Shown here: in pieces, positions 1-10,503 of the stretch
Layout of the letters: each line of letters begins with the position of its first letter
Position numbering within the stretch: position 1 is the stretch's first letter
NCBI GenBank assembly: GCA_023665475.1
Contig: JAMPEB010000006.1
Location: forward strand, 30,607-94,606
Direction of reading: 5' to 3'
DNA length: 64,000 bases
Source: Lachnoclostridium sp.
GTDB lineage: Bacteria; Bacillota; Clostridia; Lachnospirales; Lachnospiraceae
Made by a program: the position numbers and the translations under genes
The notes under the pieces: model-generated
Database searches by the model: none
What the model was told of the DNA's origin: nothing
What the model saw: the letters and a program-made list of their open reading frames with translations, nothing else

Positions 1-2
1 CC

Positions 3-158
3 ATTATTAAACTGCGGTTCGGATTGGGCAGTATGGACGGACAGGAGATGACCCAGAAGGAAGTGGCGGGTTATCTGGGGATTTCCCAGTCTTATATTTC
101 CCGGTTGGAGAAAAAAATCATGCGTCAGTTAAAAAAAGAAATGAGCCTTCATATTTAG
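3..158 (+). CDS. sigE: Sporulation sigma factor SigE, C-terminal fragment (5' end outside window)
   Basis: Frame-3 translation ...[35 protein letters not shown] matches the sigma-70 region 4 / C-terminus of SigE ([11 protein letters not shown] motif). Confidence 0.7.
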   Translation: MIKLRFGLGSMDGQEMTQKEVAGYLGISQSYISRLEKKIMRQLKKEMSLHI

Positions 159-199
159 GGTTTGCAAAGAAGGGCAAATGGTATTATACTAAATATATT

Positions 200-520
200 A
201 TGATACGGCGAGAAGACATTTTATCAATAGAATATTTGAAGAAAACGGAATATACGGGCTGTCATCAGGGAATGCGTTACAGGTTGGAAACGGAGACGGA
301 CGGGGAAGGCATAAAGAAGCTGAAAGTGACGGTTTGGCCGGAGCCTTTCAACTTCTTTAGGACCCCTGAAGAAGAAAAGCAAAGCGCATATTTTGATTTT
401 GAAGAGGATGGTATTGTGGATGCCATTGCATGGATGAATGACAGATTGTTTGAAGATAAAGAGAAATGGGAGAGTGCCGCCGGGAAATGGGATGCGTATG
501 GCGAAATATATTATAAATGA
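200..520 (+). CDS. Hypothetical small acidic protein (106 aa)
   Basis: ORF with an ATG start. No recognisable motif. Its 3' end overlaps the next gene by about 29 nt. Confidence 0.4.
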   Translation: MIRREDILSIEYLKKTEYTGCHQGMRYRLETETDGEGIKKLKVTVWPEPFNFFRTPEEEKQSAYFDFEEDGIVDAIAWMNDRLFEDKEKWESAAGKWDAYGEIYYK

Positions 521-1046
521 TTTGCGGGAGACACTTCATTATCTGCCCTATGGGTTGATTCTGGGGGTATTGGTAATGTTGGTGCTGAACCTTGTTAACA
601 GTATGCGGGAGCAGAAAGGGAAGAAAACGATTCCCATGCTTTCCTACGGAGCCTTTTTTATGTATGCTGCAATTATACTTTGCATAACCTTTTTGTCAAG
701 GGAAAGCGGCAGCAGGGACGGAATTGATTTGGACCTTTTTTCTACATGGGGAAATAATCCCAGAAATCATGCCTATGTGGTGGAGAATGTGCTTTTGTTC
801 ATTCCTTTAGGTTTTGTGTGCCCTTGGACCTTTAAAGTGTTGCGGAATTTTTTTGCATGCACCCTCTTTGGAGCGGCGGCAAGCACTGCCATAGAATGTC
901 TCCAGCTCCTGACAAAAAGAGGATTTTTCCAGATAGATGATATTCTGACCAATACGCTGGGAATGGCGATTGGGTGTATTTTGTTTTGGATTTTCAAAGG
1001 GTTGGGCAGGCTTTTAGGATTTGGCAGGACCAAAGAAGCATCCTGA
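492..1046 (+). CDS. VanZ-family membrane protein
   Basis: Multi-TM protein with the VanZ-like motif ...NVLLFIPLGF... Start chosen at the internal ATG (MRMAKYII); the ORF track begins at 438. Confidence 0.6.
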   Translation: MRMAKYIINDLRETLHYLPYGLILGVLVMLVLNLVNSMREQKGKKTIPMLSYGAFFMYAAIILCITFLSRESGSRDGIDLDLFSTWGNNPRNHAYVVENVLLFIPLGFVCPWTFKVLRNFFACTLFGAAASTAIECLQLLTKRGFFQIDDILTNTLGMAIGCILFWIFKGLGRLLGFGRTKEAS

Positions 1047-1060
1047 CAGGAGTGGATATT

Positions 1061-1840
1061 TTAAGCTGTCAGATACATGCGCATAATGCGCAGGGCATTT
1101 TTCTCAAGGCGGGAAACCTGAGCCTGTGAGATGCCGATAATGTCAGCTACTTCCATTTGGGTTTTGCCCTCAAAGAAACGCAGGGAGATGATTTCATGTT
1201 CCCTTTCGTTTAATTTTTTCATGGCTTCGCTTAGGGAGAGATGTTCCACCCAATTCTCTTCCTTATTTTTTTTGTCACTAATCTGGTCCATGACATAGAG
1301 CGTATCGCCGCCGTCGGTGAAAATGGGTTCGTAGAGGCTCATGGGATTCTGAATGGCGTCCATGGCATAGACGATATCTTCCTTGGAGATGCCTACTTCC
1401 GTGGCGATTTCTTCTATGGTGGGTTCCTTGGCGTTCTTGCGTGTCAGTGCATCCTTGGCATAGATTGCCTTGTATGCGGTGTCCTTTAGAGAGCGGGACA
1501 CCCGAATGGAATGGTTATCTCTGAGGAAACGCTTGATTTCACCCGAAATCATGGGAACGGCATAAGTAGAAAATTTGACATTTAAGGTGGTATCAAAATT
1601 GTCGATTGCCTTGATAAGTCCGATGCATCCTATCTGAAATAAATCGTCCACATTTTCCGTACTGGTGGCAAATCTTTTAATGACGCTTAAAACCAGACGC
1701 AGATTTCCTTTAATGTATTCTTCCCTGGCTTTTTCGTCCCCGTCTTTAATCCGCTTAAAGAGCGCCTCTTTTTCCGCCGCTTTTAAGAGGGGAAGCTTTG
1801 CCGTATTCATGCCGCAGATTTCAACTTTTCCAAGAGCCAT
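1061..1840 (-). CDS. sigG: Sporulation sigma factor SigG
   Basis: N-terminus MALGKVEICGMNTAKLPLLK... and region 2/4 motifs (LRLVLSVIKRF, GISQAQVSRLEK) are near-identical in pattern to B. subtilis SigG. Confidence 0.9.
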   Translation of the reverse strand: MALGKVEICGMNTAKLPLLKAAEKEALFKRIKDGDEKAREEYIKGNLRLVLSVIKRFATSTENVDDLFQIGCIGLIKAIDNFDTTLNVKFSTYAVPMISGEIKRFLRDNHSIRVSRSLKDTAYKAIYAKDALTRKNAKEPTIEEIATEVGISKEDIVYAMDAIQNPMSLYEPIFTDGGDTLYVMDQISDKKNKEENWVEHLSLSEAMKKLNEREHEIISLRFFEGKTQMEVADIIGISQAQVSRLEKNALRIMRMYLTA

Positions 1841-1955
1841 AGTTTCCTCCTAAAAATTATTTTTGTATTGTCTAGTATGCGCTTTCCGGTGTCAGGATAT
1901 ACCGGACTTTGCATATATTAGTAAGGGAAAAATTGGTATTTGCGGGAGGAGTAAA

Positions 1956-2189
1956 ATGTTATTTTCGGAATTTAAGAATAAGGATGTCATTAATATCAGG
2001 GACTGTAAGAAGCTGGGGCGGGTCTGTGATTTGGAATTTGACGAGTGCAAGGGATGTATTTGCAAGATTATGGTGCCCGGCGCAAGCAAGGTACTGAATT
2101 TTCTGCGCTGCGACCCCGATATTGTGATTCCCTATTGCGATATTAAACAGATTGGTCCGGATATCATTTTAGTTGACATCAATGTTTGA
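1956..2189 (+). CDS. ylmC: YlmC/YmxH-family sporulation protein (PRC-barrel)
   Basis: MLFSEFKNKDVINIRDCKKLGRVCDLEFDE... matches the YlmC/YmxH family. RBS GGGAGGAG lies 5 nt upstream of the ATG at 1956. Confidence 0.75.
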   Translation: MLFSEFKNKDVINIRDCKKLGRVCDLEFDECKGCICKIMVPGASKVLNFLRCDPDIVIPYCDIKQIGPDIILVDINV

Positions 2190-2235
2190 ATAAAATATAA
2201 TGAGGATATACTTTAGGAAAAAGAGGATAAAAGAT

Positions 2236-2685
2236 ATGAAATGCCCTTTTTGCAGTCATGAAAATACCAGAGTAATCGATTCCAGACCTGCGGAGGATAA
2301 TAATTCCATCCGTCGCAGGAGGGTGTGCGATGAGTGTGGGAAGCGTTTTACCACTTATGAGAAAATTGAAACAATTCCCCGCATCATTATTAAAAAGGAT
2401 AACAACAGAGAAACTTATGACCGTTCCAAGATTGAGGCCGGCGTGCTGCGCGCCTGTCACAAGCGTCCCGTCAGTGCGGAGAAAATCACACATCTGGTGG
2501 ACGAAGTGGAGAACGAGATTATCAATATGGAAGAACGGGAAATTTCCAGTGCAGTGGTAGGCGAGCTGGTGATGAATAAGCTAAAGGCTCTGGATGCGGT
2601 GGCTTATGTGCGATTTGCCTCCGTATACAGAGAGTTTAAGGATATCAATACTTTTATGGATGAGCTAAAGAGTGTGCTGCAATAA
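2236..2685 (+). CDS. nrdR: Transcriptional repressor NrdR
   Basis: MKCPFCSHENTRVIDSRP... zinc ribbon plus ATP-cone, the typical NrdR N-terminus. RBS AGAGGA at 2223-2228. Confidence 0.9.
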   Translation: MKCPFCSHENTRVIDSRPAEDNNSIRRRRVCDECGKRFTTYEKIETIPRIIIKKDNNRETYDRSKIEAGVLRACHKRPVSAEKITHLVDEVENEIINMEEREISSAVVGELVMNKLKALDAVAYVRFASVYREFKDINTFMDELKSVLQ

Positions 2686-3034
2686 ACTGCGGAATATAAT
2701 TTTCCATACTATAATGTTTCGCAAGCTTCTGCCGATATAAAAAGTAACAGATACAGTAAGGTTCCTCTTGGAGAGAGGAATACGGAACATTTACATAGCG
2801 GTGACGACACGGATGTCGGTGCCGCTATTTTATTCACCAGTTCTGCCATGCAGAAAGGATTGCACAAACCGCTTTGGGGAGCTTGCTCACAAAAGCGGTT
2901 TGTGCAATCCTTTCTATAGGGCGAACGCCCTATAATGAATAAGCTGCCGTTCTTGTGGCAGCTTATGAATTGCATGGCAGAACCGGTGTCGTGGGAGCCT
3001 GCTCCAAAGAACGGCTTATGAATTGCATGGCAGT

Positions 3035-4402
3035 CTAATGCATGCCCGCGCGTTTCACACTATCCTGTTTATGGAAAAAGAGATACAGGCAAAGCAGATA
3101 CAAAATTCCCTGCATAATCTGACTAAACAGGATACCGTAAAGATAGCCGGAGATGCCAAGTCTGGGAATGGCAAAAAATACAAAGCAAAGCCGCAGGGAT
3201 AAAGCTAACAGGTTCATTACAAAAATGCGCCCTGCCATGCCAAGGCCCTGAAGAATGCTGGAGAGAGTGGTGTCCAGATACAAAAAAGGACATAGAAAGC
3301 TTAAAGTACGGATAAGATACCCTGCAAGAGGGCTGTTAAACAATGTAGTGCCGGCCCAGTTTCCTAAGAGAGCAAAGACACTCAGAAAGAAAAAGCCCAA
3401 AATAAAGCAATATCTTATGGTGCGAAAAGTGGCTTTTTTTACGGCTTTCATGTCTCCTAAGGCGTAGTTTTCGGAAATCATGGGAAGCAAAAGCACGGAA
3501 ATGGAGTTCGTCAGGGCATTGGGAAAAAAGATAAAAGGCATTGCCATGCCGGTGAGTACGCCGTATACGCTTAAAGCGGTAGAATTGTCATAGCCATAAA
3601 GCTTTAGCCTTGCGGGTATGGATACCGACTCAATACTTTGCAAAATATTTAAAACAAGCCGGTTGGCTGTCAGGGGAAGTGCCATATACAGTATATTTTG
3701 CATGTATCCTATATTTTTTTCGATGGGCGGGAAGGCAGAGGTCTTCCTGTTATATATATTTCCCGCATAATAGAGATAAGCAGGAAGGATTGCCGCAAGC
3801 AGGGAAACAAATTCACCGATGGCGAGACCATAGACCGCGACATTGATAGAGGGAATTTGCCCCTCGGAAAAAGCGTAAGCGGACATGGCATAGACGCAGG
3901 CAACTCTGGCAATCTGTTCTATTAACTGCGTGGCAGCAGGCACGCCTGCTTTTTTACAGCCATAAAAATAGCCATTAATACAGGCGTGAATGGAGCTTAA
4001 GGGGATGGAGAAAGCAAGAATGCGCAGCATGGAAGCGGTGCGGGCTTCTAATAGCAATCTGACTGCAATAAAATCGGACAGAGCATAAATAACCAGACCG
4101 CACAGAACGGATAGCGGTGTGGAAATCATGATACCCATAAACATCGGGCGTAGGGAGGGGCGCTTTTCAACTGCTGCGCGCTCCGCTACAAATTTAGAAA
4201 TAGCGGTCTGATAGCCGGCTGCTGTCAAGGAAAAGGACAGGGACAGGACAGGGTTAACCAACTGATAAATGCCCATACCCTCTTCACCAAAAATGCGGGA
4301 CAGATAAATACGATAAAAAAAGCCGATAATGCGGCTTATAAATCCGGTAAGAGTGAGAATGGCAGTACCAATGATAAGGGGATGTATCTTGATTTTCTTC
4401 AA
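3035..4402 (-). CDS. spoVB: Stage V sporulation protein B (MOP/MATE-like polysaccharide flippase family)
   Basis: 455-aa multi-TM protein with the N-terminus MKKIKIHPLIIGTAILTLTGFISRIIGFFYRIYLSRIFGEEGMGIYQ..., characteristic of SpoVB/Wzx-like flippases. Confidence 0.8.
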   Translation of the reverse strand: MKKIKIHPLIIGTAILTLTGFISRIIGFFYRIYLSRIFGEEGMGIYQLVNPVLSLSFSLTAAGYQTAISKFVAERAAVEKRPSLRPMFMGIMISTPLSVLCGLVIYALSDFIAVRLLLEARTASMLRILAFSIPLSSIHACINGYFYGCKKAGVPAATQLIEQIARVACVYAMSAYAFSEGQIPSINVAVYGLAIGEFVSLLAAILPAYLYYAGNIYNRKTSAFPPIEKNIGYMQNILYMALPLTANRLVLNILQSIESVSIPARLKLYGYDNSTALSVYGVLTGMAMPFIFFPNALTNSISVLLLPMISENYALGDMKAVKKATFRTIRYCFILGFFFLSVFALLGNWAGTTLFNSPLAGYLIRTLSFLCPFLYLDTTLSSILQGLGMAGRIFVMNLLALSLRLCFVFFAIPRLGISGYLYGILFSQIMQGILYLLCLYLFFHKQDSVKRAGMH

Positions 4403-4590
4403 GAACGGCCTCGCTGATAGGGAGCTTTTCTATATATATATTCGTTCTTGTGCCTTGACAGAACATAGTTTCAGTGCTATATTATTTTTGTAATTCCTAG
4501 TGTGTCGGTATGTATTGAAGGATATGCGGGAACATTGGGTATTATATAAGAAAATCTCACGGAAAAAGGAAAATAGGAAGAAGGATTCAT

Positions 4591-5772
4591 ATGATTTATT
4601 TGGATAATGCGGCTACCACCAAAACCGCACCGGAAGTGGTGGAGGCAATGCTTCCTTATTTTAGCGAATACTATGGAAATGCCAGCAGTATTTATGCATT
4701 GGGAAGTAAGAGCAAAGAAGCGATTACAAATGAGAGGGAAAGAATAGCTCAGAGTATCGGGGCAAAGCCCGAGGAGATTTATTTTACCGCAGGCGGTTCC
4801 GAATCGGATAATTGGGCGTTAAAGGCAGCGGCAGAGGCATATGCCTCCAAAGGAAAACATATCATTACGACGAAAATAGAACACCATGCTGTTTTGCATA
4901 CCTGCGAATATTTGGAGAAGCAGGGATTTGAGATTACCTATCTGGGGGTTGACAGGGACGGCATTGTTGATTTGGAGGAGTTAAGGGCGGCAATCCGCCC
5001 TGACACGATTCTAATCAGCATCATGTTTGCCAACAATGAAATCGGCACCATTGAACCCATAGAGGAAATCGGAGCTATTGCCAAAGAAAAAGGCGTGCTG
5101 TTCCACACGGATGCGGTGCAGGCTTTTGGGCAGATTCCCATTCAGGTGGATGCGCTTCATATTGATATGCTCAGTGCCAGCGGACACAAGCTGAACGGTC
5201 CCAAAGGCATCGGATTTCTCTATATCCGAAAGGGGCTTAAGCTTCGTTCCTTTATTCACGGAGGCGCACAGGAGAGAAGCAGGAGAGCCGGAACGGAAAA
5301 TGTGCCGGGCATTGTAGGATTGGGCGCAGCGGTAAAGCGCGCCATGGAAAATATGGAGGAAAAAGCGGGAAAAGAGACAGAACTGAGGGATTATCTGATA
5401 CAGCGTATCGAATCGGAGATTCCCCATTGTTGGCTGAACGGGCACAGGACCAAGCGTCTGCCCAATAATGTGAATTTTTCTTTTCTCTTTATAGAAGGGG
5501 AATCTATGTTGATCATGTTGGACAGCAAGGGTATCTGCGCTTCCAGCGGTTCCGCCTGCACATCGGGTTCGCTGGACCCTTCTCATGTGTTGCTTGCCAT
5601 CGGTTTAAAACATGAGGAAGCCCACGGTTCCCTGCGGCTGACTTTGTCCGAGGAGATTACCGGAGAAGAAATTGATACGGTGGTGGAGGAGTTGAAAAAG
5701 ATTGTGGCAAGACTGAGGGATATGTCACCTTTGTATGCGGATTTTTTAAAGTCCGGTGAGAAAGAGAGGTAA
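4591..5772 (+). CDS. iscS: Cysteine desulfurase NifS/IscS
   Basis: [20 protein letters not shown]... with the PLP-lysine region ([12 protein letters not shown]) and the catalytic Cys loop (SSGSACTSG). Confidence 0.9.
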   Translation: MIYLDNAATTKTAPEVVEAMLPYFSEYYGNASSIYALGSKSKEAITNERERIAQSIGAKPEEIYFTAGGSESDNWALKAAAEAYASKGKHIITTKIEHHAVLHTCEYLEKQGFEITYLGVDRDGIVDLEELRAAIRPDTILISIMFANNEIGTIEPIEEIGAIAKEKGVLFHTDAVQAFGQIPIQVDALHIDMLSASGHKLNGPKGIGFLYIRKGLKLRSFIHGGAQERSRRAGTENVPGIVGLGAAVKRAMENMEEKAGKETELRDYLIQRIESEIPHCWLNGHRTKRLPNNVNFSFLFIEGESMLIMLDSKGICASSGSACTSGSLDPSHVLLAIGLKHEEAHGSLRLTLSEEITGEEIDTVVEELKKIVARLRDMSPLYADFLKSGEKER

Positions 5773-5774
5773 TT

Positions 5775-6209
5775 ATGTATAGCGAGAAGGTAATGGATCA
5801 TTTCCAGAATCCCAGAAATGTAGGAGAGATAGAAAATGCCAGCGGTGTGGGCACTGTGGGCAATGCAAAATGCGGGGATATTATGCGGATGTTTTTGGAT
5901 ATTGATGAAAATGGCGTGATACAGGAAGCAAAATTCAAAACCTTCGGCTGCGGAGCGGCGGTTGCCACCAGCTCCATGGCAACGGAGTTAGTTAAGGGAA
6001 AGACCATACAGGAGGCCTTACAGATTACCAACAAAGCGGTGATGGAGGCGTTGGACGGACTTCCTCCCGTGAAGGTACATTGTTCTTTATTGGCTGAGGA
6101 GGCAATTCATGCCGCGCTCTGGGATTATGCACAGAAGCACAATATTACGATTGAAGGGCTGGAAAAGCCTAAGGCGGATATCAGCGAGGGCGAGGAAGAA
6201 GAATACTAG
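5775..6209 (+). CDS. iscU: Fe-S cluster scaffold NifU/IscU
   Basis: MYSEKVMDHFQNPRNVGEIENASGVGTVGNAKCGDIMRMFLDI..., the conserved IscU/NifU N-domain. Confidence 0.9.
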   Translation: MYSEKVMDHFQNPRNVGEIENASGVGTVGNAKCGDIMRMFLDIDENGVIQEAKFKTFGCGAAVATSSMATELVKGKTIQEALQITNKAVMEALDGLPPVKVHCSLLAEEAIHAALWDYAQKHNITIEGLEKPKADISEGEEEEY

Positions 6210-6220
6210 GAGAAAGGCAT

Positions 6221-7515
6221 TGGATAAAAGATCAAGGCAGATTGTGAAAATAGTCAGAAATCATTTGATTTTACTTATAGGCGGGGCATTTGTGGGGCTT
6301 TTGGCGCTTGTTTTAGTATATTGTATTCCCACTGCCCCCATGAAGGAGCATATTTATCAGTCTCTGCCTATGTTAGAGAGGGAATTCGTGTCTTCAGAAT
6401 TGATTGACGGGTATCCCGGCTCCCTGACAGGCAATTTTACGGACTGTCTGATGTTGGAGAATGCCGTGTATCAGTCAGGGGAACATACCATGTTGGAACA
6501 AATTCTCTTTATGTATCGGGGAGAAAGCGGCACGGGTGACGGCTGGGCGCCCGGATACTCTCTGGAGGACTATATCGGAGGAATCCAACAGTCCAGAGAA
6601 GTGGAATATGCCAGATATTGGCATGGTTATCTGGTCGTGTTGAAGCCTCTGCTTTTCTTAACCACATTCAATTCTTTAAGAATCATGTCATCTGCATTTC
6701 AGCTTATTCTGGTGGGTATGATTGTCATGGCTTTCTGTAGGCGGAAAGAGGAATTTCCGGGCATGGCTTTTTTGGTATCCATGCCGTTTCTTTATTATTT
6801 CGGACTCTATGCATCCTTGTCTTTAAGCATCTGTTTTTATCTTATGGCGGGGCTTATGCTGATACAGTTAAAATGGGATGAAGGACTGCGAAAACGGGGA
6901 TGGTATGCTGGATTTTTTCTATTGGCGGGAATGTTTACTTCCTATTTTGATTTCCTGACTTATCCTCTGATTACTCTGGCTTTTCCGCTGTGTGTATGCC
7001 TGTATCTGGATAAAGACGGATCATATAAGAGCTTAAAGAAGCTTGTGGGATATAGTATGGAATGGGGCGTGGGCTATCTTGGCCTATGGGTGTTAAAGTG
7101 GGTACTTACAGATGTTTTGGTTGGAGGAAATGTCATAAATGACGGATGGAACGCGATTCTGGAAAGGACGGATGCCGCTGCCGAAACCACAAGGGCAGCA
7201 GGATTCTTTTCCGTATTAAGGCAGAATATGAGCGCATATTTTAATTGGGGTTTTTATCTGCTGGGATTGGGAATCGCCATCTGGCTTATTGGAACAATCC
7301 TCAAAAACAAAAAGGTAATTACGAAAAAAACTTTCACTGAGGGAACGGTGTTGTTGGCGATAGCCCTCTATCCCTTGATTTGGTTTTTCTTTACCCAAAA
7401 CCATTCGGACGAGCATTGGATATTCACTTTTAAGATTTTGGCGGTGACTGTGTTTGCATGTATTTGCGGAGTAGGAAAAATGTGCAGATGCGGAGAGGAG
7501 AAAAGTAGTATATGA
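6221..7515 (+). CDS. Polytopic membrane protein of unknown function
   Basis: Hydrophobic throughout. Start moved to the TTG at 6221 (RBS AGGAGA 7 nt upstream), because the 6109 start overlaps iscU. Its stop overlaps the start of the next gene (ATGA). Confidence 0.55.
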
Positions 7516-9209
7516 AATTAGACAAAAACAGGTACATTTCTGTAATTTTTACATTAATGGCTGTTTTTTGCGGCATAGTATGGGCATTTACAAATGTAGG
7601 TTATGACAGCGAATATCAGATTGCCATGGCGTATCGTTTGATAAAGGGCGATAAGATGATTTTGGAAATGTGGGAGCCTCATCAGACATCCGCTTTACTT
7701 CCTGCGGTGTTAATGTGGCTCTATTTGAAGCTTTTTCATACAACAACAGGGATTGTGCTCTATCTGCAGATTTGTGGCATACTGATTCGCGGGGGATTGG
7801 CATTCTTATTATATAGGTTACTGAGGGATGCTGCGGGTAAGTCTGCGGCATACGGAATGGCATTGTTTTACTTTATGGTTTCTCCCAAAGACTATGCGCT
7901 TCCGGAATTCAGCAATCTGCAGCTTTGGTTTTCTACGCTGCTGTTGTGCGGTTTATGGAGTTATCTGAAAAGAGGAAAAAGATATCTGCTGCTTTTGGCT
8001 GCGGTATGGCTTTGTCTGGAAGTGCTGGCTTATCCCTCCTGTGCAATTGTGTTGATAAGCGTGATAATCATATTGGTTTTGTATGCTCCTTATAAGTGGA
8101 GGGACATTCTTTCCTTTTCCGGAGTATGCGCCGGTCTGGGACTTGCGGTGGCAGGATATTTTTTGGTGACAATAGGACCGGATACTTTGAAAGAATGCAT
8201 TATGGGTATGTTGAATTTAGAGCCCACTCATGCGACAAGCGGAATTTTGAAAATACAAAGTTATCTTTGGGAAATCTTGGAGATAGGAATAATTCTTTTG
8301 GCAGCAGGGGTCATGGGATGGTTTGTAAGCATAGTTTTACAGGCTGTTTTTAGAAGAAAGGGCGTTGGGACGAGCTTGTGGTTCCTATGTTGCAGTGTGG
8401 TATTGCTGGTCGGATTTTTCCTGAATATTTTAAGCGTGGAGAATCGCAATGCCTATGGTATTATTTTTCTGTTTCTTGTAGGAATCGGATTTTATCATAG
8501 AAATATTTTGGAAGAAAAAGAGAAGAAAGTTTATGTTTGCGGAAGTCTGATAGGGGGGGCAGGATTTCTGGCAACATTGATTTTGACGGATATGGGGTTT
8601 TTAAATTCCGTGCCATATGGAATATTGGCAACTATGATGGCTTTGCTGCCCATTAAAAGATGGGTGGATAAGATGACTTCCCGGCACATCAGAAAAGGTT
8701 CCTATCTGTGTTTCTGGTGTCTGATGGCGCTTTTGGCATTCAGGTGTTTTTATATCAGGATTCCGCTGACGGGGCGTGGGCAGATTGGCACAAGTTTTTC
8801 CGATATGTCTATAGTGCGTTCCGGTCCCGCATTTGGAATTGTTTCCGATGAGGAGGGCGTCTGCATACAGCGGGACAGTTATCCGGAGTGGAAGGAATGG
8901 ATTCGTCCCGGCGATAAAGTGTGGATTGTAGGCGGTGTCGTGGATACATTGGGATATTTGTATGAGGATGTGGAAGTAGCGGGTCCTTCTACCATGTCAA
9001 CACCTTCTTACAGCGAGACGGTTTTAGAGTATTGGAGGCTGAATCCGGATAAGGAGCCGGATGTGGTGGTGGCAGAGGGATACAGGGGAGATTTGGTATA
9101 TGAACTATTGTCCAATCCATGGTTTTTGGAGTGGTTAGAGCAGGAGTACAGACCGGAGTATGTGGCAGAAGGGGAGTATTGGATTTATTATTTCAGAGAG
9201 GCAAGATAA
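7512..9209 (+). CDS. Large polytopic membrane protein with a C-terminal soluble domain (GT-C-type glycosyltransferase-like, inferred)
   Basis: 565 aa, about 12 predicted TM helices then a ~150-aa hydrophilic C-terminus. The architecture resembles ArnT/PMT-like GT-C enzymes. No search was run. Confidence 0.55.
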   Translation: MKLDKNRYISVIFTLMAVFCGIVWAFTNVGYDSEYQIAMAYRLIKGDKMILEMWEPHQTSALLPAVLMWLYLKLFHTTTGIVLYLQICGILIRGGLAFLLYRLLRDAAGKSAAYGMALFYFMVSPKDYALPEFSNLQLWFSTLLLCGLWSYLKRGKRYLLLLAAVWLCLEVLAYPSCAIVLISVIIILVLYAPYKWRDILSFSGVCAGLGLAVAGYFLVTIGPDTLKECIMGMLNLEPTHATSGILKIQSYLWEILEIGIILLAAGVMGWFVSIVLQAVFRRKGVGTSLWFLCCSVVLLVGFFLNILSVENRNAYGIIFLFLVGIGFYHRNILEEKEKKVYVCGSLIGGAGFLATLILTDMGFLNSVPYGILATMMALLPIKRWVDKMTSRHIRKGSYLCFWCLMALLAFRCFYIRIPLTGRGQIGTSFSDMSIVRSGPAFGIVSDEEGVCIQRDSYPEWKEWIRPGDKVWIVGGVVDTLGYLYEDVEVAGPSTMSTPSYSETVLEYWRLNPDKEPDVVVAEGYRGDLVYELLSNPWFLEWLEQEYRPEYVAEGEYWIYYFREAR

Positions 9210-9248
9210 AGGATTGATTTTTATGATTGCAGCGGAATGAGAGGAAAA

Positions 9249-10331
9249 ATGACAGGAAAGAAAAAAGTGGTAGTGGGTATGTCGGGAGGAGTGGATTCTT
9301 CCGTTGCGGCATATCTGCTAAAAGAACAGGGCTATGATGTCATCGGCGTTACCATGCAGATCTGGCAGGATGAAAGCGTGGAGGAGATGTCGGAAAAAGG
9401 CGGCTGCTGCGGTTTATCCGCCGTGGAAGATGCGAGAAGGGTGGCGCAGAAGCTGGACATTCCCCATTATGTCATGAATTTTAAGAAAGAGTTCAAATGC
9501 CATGTGACAGATTACTTTGTGGAGGAATATCTGAAAGGGCATACGCCCAATCCCTGTATTGCCTGCAACCGCTATGTAAAGTGGGAATCTTTGTTAAAGC
9601 GGAGCTTGGAAATAGGGGCGGACTATATCGCTACAGGGCATTATGCCAGAATAGGGAAACTTCCGAACGGAAGATTTGCCATCTGCAATTCCGTAACGGC
9701 GGAAAAAGACCAGACCTATGCATTATATAATTTAACGCAGGAGCAGCTTTCCCATACGCTGATGCCTGTGGGAGAGTATCGGAAAGAAAAAATCAGGCAG
9801 ATTGCCGGGGGAGAGGGACTTCCCGTGGCAGATAAGCCCGACAGTCAGGAAATCTGTTTTGTGCCGGACAATGATTATGCGGCATTTATTGACAGGGCAG
9901 CGGGCAGGCGGGTTCCCCCTGCCGGAAATTTTGTGGATAAGGAAGGAAAAGTTTTAGGACGCCACAAGGGAATCACCCATTATACCGTAGGACAGAGGAA
10001 AGGACTGGAGCTTGCCATGGGGCGCCGGATTTTTGTAACGGAAATTCGTCCTGATACAAACGAGGTTGTTATCGGTGAGAATGAAGATGTGTTTACGGAC
10101 AGGCTGTTCTGCGACAGAGTCAATTTTATGGCGGTGGAGGATTTGGATGCCCCGAAAAGGGTGCTGGCAAAGATTCGCTATAACCACAGCGGAGAATATT
10201 GCATGATAGAGAAGCTGGATAAGGAAAAGGTGCGGTGTATTTTTGAAAAGCCCGTGCGCGCAGTGACTCCGGGGCAGGCAGTGGTTTTCTATGATGGGGA
10301 ATATGTGCTGGGTGGTGGAACGATTTTATGA
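9249..10331 (+). CDS. mnmA: tRNA-specific 2-thiouridylase MnmA
   Basis: [35 protein letters not shown]..., the PP-loop (SGGVDSS) of MnmA. Start chosen at the ATG at 9249; the ORF track begins at 9237. Confidence 0.9.
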   Translation: MTGKKKVVVGMSGGVDSSVAAYLLKEQGYDVIGVTMQIWQDESVEEMSEKGGCCGLSAVEDARRVAQKLDIPHYVMNFKKEFKCHVTDYFVEEYLKGHTPNPCIACNRYVKWESLLKRSLEIGADYIATGHYARIGKLPNGRFAICNSVTAEKDQTYALYNLTQEQLSHTLMPVGEYRKEKIRQIAGGEGLPVADKPDSQEICFVPDNDYAAFIDRAAGRRVPPAGNFVDKEGKVLGRHKGITHYTVGQRKGLELAMGRRIFVTEIRPDTNEVVIGENEDVFTDRLFCDRVNFMAVEDLDAPKRVLAKIRYNHSGEYCMIEKLDKEKVRCIFEKPVRAVTPGQAVVFYDGEYVLGGGTIL

Positions 10332-10503
10332 TAGAGCTTAAAAACAAGTTTCAAAATGATGTTCTCACGCATATATAATATTAAAAATTTGTAAGAAAAT
10401 GGGTATTTTGCCAAAAGTTCCATTATGCTTATAAATGGGAAATCGAGAAAAGGATATTGGCATGGATTTTGGATGGAACCGGAACAGGAAACGAGGGAAT
10501 CAA

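Noticed and set aside
2709-2975. ORF 2709..2975 (-), 88 aa
   Set aside because: It is made of the nested inverted/direct repeat region between nrdR and spoVB, and is Cys/Pro-rich without an RBS.
5011-5586. Long antisense ORFs inside confident genes (for example 5011..5586, 19526..20377, 21839..22552, 35661..36143, 36670..37233, 37209..38123, 41589..42527, 54570..55292, 56345..57115)
   Set aside because: They lie opposite to well-supported conserved genes. Their proteins are low-complexity or Arg/Cys/His-rich, as expected for antisense frames of coding DNA.
6109-6220. N-terminal extension of the membrane-protein ORF overlapping iscU by 100 nt
   Set aside because: A good RBS and a TTG start at 6221 lie just after the iscU stop. 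The overlapping part has no support.
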